A DNA stretch of 32,000 nt from Thermofilum pendens Hrk 5 (GTDB taxonomy: Archaea > Thermoproteota > Thermoprotei > Thermofilales > Thermofilaceae). A model generated the notes under the pieces. That model made no database searches, was not told the DNA's origin, and saw nothing but the letters and a program-made list of their open reading frames with translations. The stretch covers positions 810,001-842,000 of the forward strand of contig NC_008698.1 in the NCBI RefSeq assembly GCF_000015225.1, read 5' to 3'. How positions within the stretch are numbered: the stretch's first letter is position 1; each line of letters opens with the position of its first letter. Shown one piece after another: positions 25,960 to 32,000 of this stretch. Position numbers and translations under genes: made by a program.

Positions 25960-26924
25960 GGATCTACGCCTTTGTACTCCACGGGGACCTTGATGGGCTC
26001 TCCGCTACAGCCACGGTTGCCGCCGCGTTGAAGCACGCGGAGAAGGACGCGGAGCTGAGGTTTTACTTCTCACAGCCCTACGAGCTGGACAAAGACCTAG
26101 CCCGCGTGGATCCCCGAGCGGAGGGCATCTACATAGTTGACCTAGCGATAGACGCGGACGTGTGGCCGAGGCTCAGCGCGGAGCTCGGCAAGCTTGTGGC
26201 GTCGAAGAGGGTGACTTGGATCGACCACCACCCTTCTACCATTGAGCGGGTCGAGGAGCTGAAGAGGATCGGGGTGGAAGCCATGCTGGCAGAGGCCGCG
26301 TCGGCGTCGACTATAGCTAGGAGCTTCCTGGACAGAGTCCCGGACCCCGCCTTCTTCGAGAAGATAATCACGATAGGAGAGGTTGCCGACAGGGCTGTGA
26401 GCGTAGCACGGGAGGACCCGCTCTTCCACTACGTCGAGGTTCTAAGCCTGGTCCTCGGGTACCGCGTGCGGGACGAGCAGATAAGGAGAAGGATACTCAG
26501 AGCCTGGATCACCGAGAGGGTAGTAGTCCCCGACGAAGTAGCAAAGGCCGCAAGTGAAGCGGAGAAGGTGTTTCAGGACCTCCTTAGGGAGGCGCGCCTC
26601 AGGGTAGTCTACCGCTCCGAGAAGGTTGTAGCCGTGGATATGAGGGACAAGAGGGTATACGGCTTCGCCGGCATGCTGGCATCCATCATCGCCAGCGAGG
26701 AGGGGAGGATCGCGTTGATTCTCAGCAGGGTCGGCGAGGCGGCACTCCTAACGCTGAGAGCACCTCCCGGGGCAAAGGGGAACCCGTCGAAGACTGCATG
26801 GGATGTGGCATCGCGATACGGGGGGTCGGGCGGCGGCCACGCAGGCGCTGCATCCTTCAAGGTTCCCGGGACCTACGCCGAGAAAGTTCTCGCGGAGATC
26901 GTACGTGCACTAGAAACTGGCTAA
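25956..26924 (+). CDS. DHH/DHHA1 family phosphoesterase (NrnA/RecJ-like)
   Basis: Motifs HGDLDGLSA (I), VDLAID (II), IDHHPS (III, DHH) and DHHA1 GGGGHAGAASF. ATG at 25956 (MRIYAF). I discard the upstream 121 codons of the track ORF because they are R/G-rich and overlap the previous gene in another frame. Confidence 0.8.
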   Translation: MRIYAFVLHGDLDGLSATATVAAALKHAEKDAELRFYFSQPYELDKDLARVDPRAEGIYIVDLAIDADVWPRLSAELGKLVASKRVTWIDHHPSTIERVEELKRIGVEAMLAEAASASTIARSFLDRVPDPAFFEKIITIGEVADRAVSVAREDPLFHYVEVLSLVLGYRVRDEQIRRRILRAWITERVVVPDEVAKAASEAEKVFQDLLREARLRVVYRSEKVVAVDMRDKRVYGFAGMLASIIASEEGRIALILSRVGEAALLTLRAPPGAKGNPSKTAWDVASRYGGSGGGHAGAASFKVPGTYAEKVLAEIVRALETG

Positions 26925-27451
26925 CTTAGAGTTACACGTTTAACCGCCGGGTGTTGCAGTATCTTCTCTATCACTTCCCCGGGAACGGGCTTGGAGACTA
27001 CGACGTAGAGTTTAGGCTCCCTGTATATGTTCGGGTCCTCCGCCACCACCTGGAGGATATTTATGCCCTTCTCGGCGAGGGCGGACGCTACCCACGCGAG
27101 TATCCCGGGCCTATCCTCGTGTATCTCGACCACTAAGCACCGGTAGCCAAGCACGCGTGCAACGGATACCAGCGAGGGTCCCGCGGGCCTCAGGTTGTAG
27201 AAGAACTCCCTCAGGTAGCTGTCCGAGAGTATGCGTTTAAGAGTCTCCAGCACAATCCTCCTATCGACCTGAGCTTCTTCCGCCACGGAGCTCACGGTGA
27301 CTTTCACTTTGTCCCCGATGTACAGCCCGTCTTCCCTTACGCTGATCCCGTACTTCAACAGTAGCCTAACTACGTTCATCCTTTTCTCCGACTTCACGAC
27401 TTCACTAACCCTTCTCCAAAAGCCCCCCTCCACGTGTACAAAAATGGACAT
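26921..27451 (-). CDS. ACT-domain regulatory protein (COG2150-like predicted amino-acid metabolism regulator)
   Basis: The C-terminal half, LVVEIHEDRPGILAWVASALAEKGINILQVVAED...YVVV, is an ACT fold pattern. The N-terminal ~90 aa (VVRLLLKYGISV...) is HTH-like. ATG lies 27 nt downstream of a minus-strand TTTTATTC box. Divergent from the TrpB2 gene. Confidence 0.6.
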   Translation of the reverse strand: MSIFVHVEGGFWRRVSEVVKSEKRMNVVRLLLKYGISVREDGLYIGDKVKVTVSSVAEEAQVDRRIVLETLKRILSDSYLREFFYNLRPAGPSLVSVARVLGYRCLVVEIHEDRPGILAWVASALAEKGINILQVVAEDPNIYREPKLYVVVSKPVPGEVIEKILQHPAVKRVTLS

Positions 27452-27498
27452 CGTGTATTAAAACGTGATATGTGAATAAAATTGGGAAAAACGCAATA

Positions 27499-27506
27499 TT
27501 TATATA
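27499..27506 (+). promoter_or_regulatory. TATA box of the TrpB2 gene
   Basis: TTTATATA is centred ~29 nt upstream of ATG 27532, inside an 80-nt very AT-rich divergent intergenic region. Confidence 0.6.
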
Positions 27507-27531
27507 CCATTATGATCATTTTTGACGAGTT

Positions 27532-28914
27532 ATGAGCAAAAAATACTTCCTAGACGAAGAGGAGCTACCGAGGGAGTGGTACAATATACTACCAGACCTG
27601 CCCGAGCCCCTACCGCCACCGCTGAACCCCGCAACCGGGAAGCCCGTCTCGCCAGAAGACCTTGAACCCATATTCCCCAAGGAGCTTATCAGGCAGGAGG
27701 TATCGCAGGAGAGGTTTATCCCGATACCCGAAGAGGTACTCGAGGTGTACAGGATATGGAGGCCTACCCCCCTCATCAGGGCCACCAGGCTGGAGAAAGC
27801 CCTCAGGACCCCTGCGAGGATCTACTACAAGTACGAAGGGGTATCGCCCCCAGGGAGCCATAAGCCGAACACGGCTGTCGCGCAGGCGTACTACAACGCG
27901 CGCGAAGGCGTGGCGCGCCTCACGACGGAGACCGGGGCTGGGCAGTGGGGAAGCGCTTTATCGTTCGCGACCATGCTGTTCGGGCTCAAGCTTACGGTGT
28001 ACATGGTGAGGGTGAGCTACCAGCAGAAGCCCTACAGGGCTATACTGATGCAGACTTGGGGCGCCGAGGTCGTCCCGAGCCCCAGTAACAGGACTAAGGC
28101 GGGCAGGGCTTTCCTCGAGAAGGACCCCGAGCACCCCGGCTCTCTCGGTATAGCGATCAGCGAGGCGCTGGAAGACGCAATAGAGCACGAGGACACGAAG
28201 TACAGCCTGGGTAGCGTGCTAAACCACGTGCTGCTCCACCAGACGATCATAGGGCTCGAAGCCATCAAGCAGATGCAGGCGCTCGACGAGTTCCCCGACA
28301 TAGTGATAGGCTGTGTGGGCGGTGGGAGCAACTTCGCGGGAATATCGTACCCCTTCTACTACCTGGTGCGTAGCGGGAAGGCACCGAAGAAGACGAGGTT
28401 CCTCGCCGTGGAGCCTGCGTCCTGCCCCTCCATGACCAAGGGAGAGTACATGTACGACTTCGGCGACACGGCGAGGCTTACACCGCTCCTAAAGATGTAC
28501 ACGCTGGGACACGACTTCGTGCCACCGCCGATTCACGCCGGCGGACTACGTTACCACGGCGCGGCTCCAACCCTAAGCCTTCTCAAAAAAGCGGGGATCT
28601 TCGAGAGCGTTGCCTACAACCAGGTGGAAGTCTTCGAGGCGGCGAGGCTCTTCGCCCGGACGGAGGGCATAGTGCCTGCTCCTGAGAGCGCCCACGCCAT
28701 AAAGGCGGTCATCGACGAGGCCCTAGAGGCTAAGAGGAAGGGCGAGGAAAAGGTCATACTCTTCAACCTGAGCGGGCACGGGCTCTTGGATCTCGCCGCC
28801 TACAGGGAGTTCCTCGAGGGACGATTACCGGCGCACGAGTACCCCGCCGAGGCGATACAGAAGTCCATCGCGAAGATCAAGGAGTACCTACTCGCGCGGG
28901 GCATACAGCCCTAG
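27532..28914 (+). CDS. trpB: tryptophan synthase beta-subunit paralogue, TrpB2 type (PLP-dependent)
   Basis: The long N-terminus [22 protein letters not shown]...[17 protein letters not shown] is characteristic of TrpB2. PLP Lys region GSHKPNTA, plus [11 protein letters not shown] and LSGHG. No trpA or other trp genes lie nearby. Confidence 0.88.
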   Translation: MSKKYFLDEEELPREWYNILPDLPEPLPPPLNPATGKPVSPEDLEPIFPKELIRQEVSQERFIPIPEEVLEVYRIWRPTPLIRATRLEKALRTPARIYYKYEGVSPPGSHKPNTAVAQAYYNAREGVARLTTETGAGQWGSALSFATMLFGLKLTVYMVRVSYQQKPYRAILMQTWGAEVVPSPSNRTKAGRAFLEKDPEHPGSLGIAISEALEDAIEHEDTKYSLGSVLNHVLLHQTIIGLEAIKQMQALDEFPDIVIGCVGGGSNFAGISYPFYYLVRSGKAPKKTRFLAVEPASCPSMTKGEYMYDFGDTARLTPLLKMYTLGHDFVPPPIHAGGLRYHGAAPTLSLLKKAGIFESVAYNQVEVFEAARLFARTEGIVPAPESAHAIKAVIDEALEAKRKGEEKVILFNLSGHGLLDLAAYREFLEGRLPAHEYPAEAIQKSIAKIKEYLLARGIQP

Positions 28915-28965
28915 CCTAGAACGCGAAAGTTTTTTCTGTTCTTTCTCACCGTAGAGTTGAAGCTT

Positions 28966-29934
28966 ATGCAAGCGACGCGCTCGAGCGCACCCGCCAAAGT
29001 GATACTCTTCGGCGAGCACTTCGTCGTTGAGGGGCAACCGGCAATCGCGGCGGCTATCTCTCTGAGGGCACATGTCACCGTTGAGCCCGCGGACACCGAC
29101 GGGATACTGGTGTACTCCAAGAACCTCGGCTTGCTCGAAGAGTACCGGTTCGCGGAGCGCGGGGCGTGGAGCGGTAAAATGCTCTCCATAGCGATCGCCG
29201 CCTACACAGCTATGGAGTCGCTGGGCAGGAAGTCCGGAGTTAAGGTAACCGTGGACTCTGAGATACCGCCCGGGAGCGGTATGGGCTCCTCCGCTGCAGT
29301 TGCCGTTGCAACTACGCATGCGACTTTCAGGGCGTTCGGCGAGGAGCCGGACCTCAAGGAGGTTTCCAGGATAGCCTTCGAGGCTGAGAAGGTCGTCCAC
29401 GGGAAGCCGAGCGGCATCGACAATACTGTTGCGACGTACGGAGGCGTCATAGCGTACAGGAAGGGGGAGGGCTTCATACCCCTTAAAGCCGAGCTTAACG
29501 GTGTAAGGCTCGTCCTAGCTGATAGCGGCGTGCCCAGGAACACCGGGGAAATGGTCAAGAGAGTGCTGGAGCTGAAAAACACGTACCCCTCCGTGCTGGA
29601 ACCACTGTACCACGCGGCGGGCCGCCTCGTGGTGGAAGCGGCGAGGCGCCTCGAAGAAGGAGACTACGAGTCTCTGGGAAGGCTCATGAACGTGAACCAC
29701 GGATTCCTCTCAGCGATAGGGGTCTCCACGCTGGAACTCGAGAAACTCGTATACACGGCTAGGCGCGCCGGGGCGCTTGGGTCGAAGCTGACTGGCGCGG
29801 GCGGGGGAGGCTTCATCGTAGCCCTAGTAACGGCGGAGAAAGAGAAGGAGGTAGTCGAGGCTCTTCGACAGCTAAGCCCGAGGATCTTCTCCGTCGAGAT
29901 ATCCTCCGAAGGCGTGAGGAAAGAACCACTGTAA
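28966..29934 (+). CDS. mvk: mevalonate kinase (GHMP kinase)
   Basis: SAPAKVILFGEHFVV, GHMP motif PPGSGMGSSAAVAVA, HGKPSGIDN and KLTGAGGGGF. True ATG at 28966; the track start at 28957 is TTG. Confidence 0.88.
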   Translation: MQATRSSAPAKVILFGEHFVVEGQPAIAAAISLRAHVTVEPADTDGILVYSKNLGLLEEYRFAERGAWSGKMLSIAIAAYTAMESLGRKSGVKVTVDSEIPPGSGMGSSAAVAVATTHATFRAFGEEPDLKEVSRIAFEAEKVVHGKPSGIDNTVATYGGVIAYRKGEGFIPLKAELNGVRLVLADSGVPRNTGEMVKRVLELKNTYPSVLEPLYHAAGRLVVEAARRLEEGDYESLGRLMNVNHGFLSAIGVSTLELEKLVYTARRAGALGSKLTGAGGGGFIVALVTAEKEKEVVEALRQLSPRIFSVEISSEGVRKEPL

Positions 29935-30011
29935 CCAAGCGCGCTGGCAAAACGCTTAACGCGTAGGGCTGAAAAGAGAAAGCCATCGGGGAAAGTGCCA
30001 AGCGCGAGATT

Positions 30012-30215
30012 TTACGCTAGCCCTAGCCCCCTGAGCTCTTTGATGTCCTTCTCCAGCTCTCTCCAGTTTTTCGTCCTCTTCGACCTGCGGGGCGCTTCCC
30101 ACGGAGGCGAGGAACCCTTGATCGCGTCTAACGCTTCGACGAGGCGCGCCTCGTACAGCTCGTCGCCCTTAAGAGTGCTCGCCAGGATACGCGAGGGGGC
30201 GCTTATCGCCCGCAC
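30012..30215 (-). CDS. small hypothetical protein (67 aa), partner ORF of module copy B; possibly degenerate
   Basis: Shares LASTLKGDELYEARLVEALDAI and ELRGLGLA with the copy A ORF. Its central ~20 codons are read in a different frame: a 1-nt deletion followed by a 2-nt deletion relative to copy A. GTG start. The ATG equivalent to 14450 is present (complement of 30257-30259) but runs into a stop after 18 codons. Confidence 0.35.
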   Translation of the reverse strand: MRAISAPSRILASTLKGDELYEARLVEALDAIKGSSPPWEAPRRSKRTKNWRELEKDIKELRGLGLA

Positions 30216-30240
30216 GGTAACCCTCGAGCGCGCCCTCGCA

Positions 30241-30268
30241 GGGGCGCCCCCTCCACCATTTAAGGAAA
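30241..30268. promoter_or_regulatory. conserved divergent control region of module copy B (GGGGCGCCCC palindrome plus TTTAAGGA box)
   Basis: GGGGCGCCCC at 30241-30250 and TTTAAGGA at 30259-30266. These are equivalent to 14441-14468 in copy A, with one mismatch by eye over the 31-nt block. Confidence 0.45.
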
Positions 30269-30276
30269 GGTTAAGT

Positions 30277-31713
30277 ATGGTTGGAGAGAAGATGATGAGG
30301 AATGAAGAGGTCGAGAAGGTTGTTAGGGAGGAGGTTTGGAGGCGTGCGGCTTTAAGCCTCTACGCCACCAGAACAGAGGATAAGAGGAAAGCCAGGGGCG
30401 GGAAGAAGGGCGAGATACACTACCGCGGCCTGTATGACACTGTGAGCGAGGTTGACTGGGACTTCACTAGGTTCCTCATAAACGGGTACAGCGTCGTGCC
30501 GGACGAAGTCTACCCGAGGTTTCACCGCTTCATAGACATCGACGCGAGGAAGTACCTTCTACTGAACGACGACAGCAAGCCGAGAGAGGGAAGCGCTGTC
30601 GTAGAGCTACGCGATAGGCTACAAGCAATCGTCGACGCTACCGAAGACGGCCTCAAAGTTGAGAGACACGGCAGAGTCTGGCACGTTTACGTGCCCGGCG
30701 AAAACTGGTACGTAACTGTCTCGAGGCCCAACGCGAAGAGCTGGAGGGTGCGCGTACCACTGGAAGGCTTCTGGGTTGAATCGGAGTTTCCCAAGGTTCT
30801 AGTGAATACTCCGAGCGATGTTCTCAGAAGCCTGCAGAAAGGGTGGCTTCTCACAGATGTCACTCCGCCGCACGGGCGCATCAGCGACGTACATTTCAGC
30901 ACAACGCAGAGCTGGCAGTTGCCAGCGACGCTCGCCAGCTTCCCGGGAGAAGTCAGGCTCGGCGTCACGGCGGGCATTCTCGGCAGTACTAGGCTGAGCA
31001 TCCAGTGGCAGGCGCGCGTTGACGGTTACGAGGAGGAGCTGGGCTGGGCCTCCGAGCTCATCGGCGAGGTTAAACGTGCAGAGTTTCGTCAGCTCGTCGA
31101 GAGGTGTAAGGAGCTTAACGGTGACTCGGTGGCGCTGACGACCGCCTTCCTGGGGGACGGCGAGCTCGAATTCTTCCTAAAGCTTCGGGTGCTCTTCTTC
31201 AAGGTTGGACATGAAGACATCTACTTGCCGGCGGAAAGCGCTATAGCTAATGCCCGCTTAGCCGTGGAGAGAGCTAGCGAGTACGTGCGCTTTGTCTCGC
31301 TGGTAACTAAGTGTCCAAAGATTAAACACTTCCTCTTCGTCGGCTACGGATTGCCGCAGAAGAGAGGTAAGAAGGACGGCCAAAGAAATAACCCGTTCTA
31401 CGCCGAGGTGGCAGGGGCGCAGCTACACCTTGTCTACATCTCTACGAGGAACCACGTCTACGCTAGAATCGCAGTCGAAGCTGTGCCTTCGGGCTGGGTG
31501 GAGGAGGCACGCGCTCAAGGCTGGGACGTCCGAGTGGTTCGAATGGGTGGCAGGGAGTACTACCAGGTCACTCATGCTTCTTTGATGGAGCATGCCTGTC
31601 ACGACGAAGCACTGCGTATAACACTCCTCGCCTTCACGAAGTACAAGGCCGAGCGATACCCCAAGGCGCAAAGCCTCGTAGAACGCCTCGAAAAACTGGG
31701 GACAGAAGACTAA
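30277..31713 (+). CDS. conserved hypothetical protein, copy B of the duplicated ~480-aa family (function unknown)
   Basis: Homology to copy A begins at the conserved GTATG (ATG 30277, MVGEKMM). I reject the 94 upstream codons of track ORF 29995..31713 because copy A has no equivalent and they are antisense to the small ORF. Alternative starts are ATG 30292 and 30295. Confidence 0.8.
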   Translation: MVGEKMMRNEEVEKVVREEVWRRAALSLYATRTEDKRKARGGKKGEIHYRGLYDTVSEVDWDFTRFLINGYSVVPDEVYPRFHRFIDIDARKYLLLNDDSKPREGSAVVELRDRLQAIVDATEDGLKVERHGRVWHVYVPGENWYVTVSRPNAKSWRVRVPLEGFWVESEFPKVLVNTPSDVLRSLQKGWLLTDVTPPHGRISDVHFSTTQSWQLPATLASFPGEVRLGVTAGILGSTRLSIQWQARVDGYEEELGWASELIGEVKRAEFRQLVERCKELNGDSVALTTAFLGDGELEFFLKLRVLFFKVGHEDIYLPAESAIANARLAVERASEYVRFVSLVTKCPKIKHFLFVGYGLPQKRGKKDGQRNNPFYAEVAGAQLHLVYISTRNHVYARIAVEAVPSGWVEEARAQGWDVRVVRMGGREYYQVTHASLMEHACHDEALRITLLAFTKYKAERYPKAQSLVERLEKLGTED

Positions 31714-31780
31714 AGAGTAAGACCGGCAGGGAACAGGCGCCCAGCCCCCTCCTCGCGTTAGGCAAGCGCGCGAAGCAAAG

Positions 31781-31787
31781 TTTATAA
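31781..31787 (+). promoter_or_regulatory. TATA box of the tRNA-Thr gene
   Basis: TTTATAA is centred 28 nt upstream of tRNA position 1 (31812) and preceded by purine-rich GAAGCAAAG (BRE-like). Confidence 0.6.
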
Positions 31788-31811
31788 TTCTCAACCTGTG
31801 AATAGAGGGTA

Positions 31812-31904
31812 GCCCCGGTAGCTCAGTTGGAAGAGCGCCGCTCTGGTAACTAGCCCTGGCTGGAAAGGCGGAGGTCCCGGGTTCAATCCCCGGCCGGGGC
31901 TCCA
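31812..31904 (+). tRNA. tRNA-Thr (anticodon GGU) with a 17-nt intron at the canonical 37/38 position; CCA encoded
   Basis: Hand-folded. Acceptor GCCCCGG/CCGGGGC, D arm GCTC-AGTTGGAA-GAGC, anticodon stem CCGCT/GGCGG (one G-U pair), loop CTGGTA|A, variable loop AGGTC, T arm CCGGG-TTCAATC-CCCGG, discriminator T, then CCA. The total of 93 nt equals 76 plus 17. Confidence 0.85.
31849..31865 (+). other. tRNA intron (bulge-helix-bulge substrate)
   Basis: The intron is ACTAGCCCTGGCTGGAA. Positions 32-35 (CUGG) can pair with intron CUGG (31860-31863: C-G, U-G, G-U, G-C) to form the 4-bp helix. That helix is flanked by the 3-nt bulges UA|A and AA|A, which carry the two splice sites. Confidence 0.7.
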
Positions 31905-32000
31905 TGCGTCATGTTCTCTTTGAACGTACCCTCCGGGGTACTCTCATTTGTCATTATCTATCACGAGTCATGGATTTAGCCTGTTGTCTAGCGGGGTTTT

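Larger units (their letters stand above)
30009..31754. repeat. right copy of the ~1.75-kb inverted duplication (two-gene module)
   Basis: Inverted homologue of 12917-14671. Homology starts at ATTTTACGCTAGCCCTAGCCCCCT and ends at GCCCCCTCCTC, 58 nt before the tRNA-Thr gene. Confidence 0.9.

Noticed and set aside
29995-30276. The 94-codon N-terminal extension of track ORF 29995..31713 (MPSARFYASPSPLSS...).
   Set aside because: It starts at a GTG, is S/P/R-rich, and lies antisense to the conserved small ORF. Copy A has no start codon in the equivalent frame. Homology between the large paralogues begins at the conserved GTATG (30277 / 14431).
29935-31771. CAAGCGCG words flanking module copy B (29935-29944, 29998-30007, 31763-31771), resembling a target-site duplication.
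   Set aside because: Copy A has no matching direct repeats at its ends. The left flank of both copies shows weak residual similarity (CCAAG...GAG), which suggests homology that decays gradually rather than a sharp insertion boundary. The word is also a GC-rich 8-mer likely to recur by chance.
31423-31905. 160-aa minus-strand ORF beginning MEPRPGIEPGTSAF.
   Set aside because: Its N-terminus is the reverse-complement translation of the tRNA-Thr gene, and the rest is antisense to the large paralogue. This is a classic artefact.

Overview
The window reads as a gene-dense chromosomal segment of a high-GC (by eye), hyperthermophile-type crenarchaeon. Supporting signs are many apparently leaderless genes with a TATA-like box about 25-35 nt upstream, frequent GTG/TTG starts, an intron-containing tRNA, and crenarchaeal markers (Hjc, short XPF, Orc1/Cdc6, P1 stalk protein, TrpB2, archaeal TIM). 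I call 35 protein-coding genes (one truncated at the left edge) and one tRNA-Thr(GGU) with a 17-nt canonical intron. I see no rRNA, CRISPR array or recognisable transposase or integrase. All functional calls rest on motifs I recognise in the supplied translations; no database search was possible.

The most unusual structure is a pair of diverged, inverted copies of a ~1.75-kb two-gene module. Each copy has a ~480-aa protein I cannot assign to any family and a divergent ~70-aa ORF. The copies lie at 12917-14671 and 30009-31754 and bracket 15.3 kb of housekeeping genes. The right copy ends 58 nt upstream of the tRNA-Thr gene. Their short non-coding control and 3' flank sequences are better conserved than the coding DNA.

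The second candidate is a tightly coupled five-gene array at 21696-26924: PhoH-like ATPase with KH domains, topoisomerase III, a YqfB-like ASCH protein, an unknown protein, and a DHH/DHHA1 phosphoesterase. I do not recognise this as a described operon.

Other notes:
- Four different signal-peptide or intramembrane proteases lie within 13 kb.
- An Hjc gene sits directly upstream of a beta-lactamase-fold gene with a degenerate metal motif.
- A perfect 10-bp inverted repeat lies on the Orc1/Cdc6 promoter.
- A PflX-like radical SAM gene overlaps dph2.
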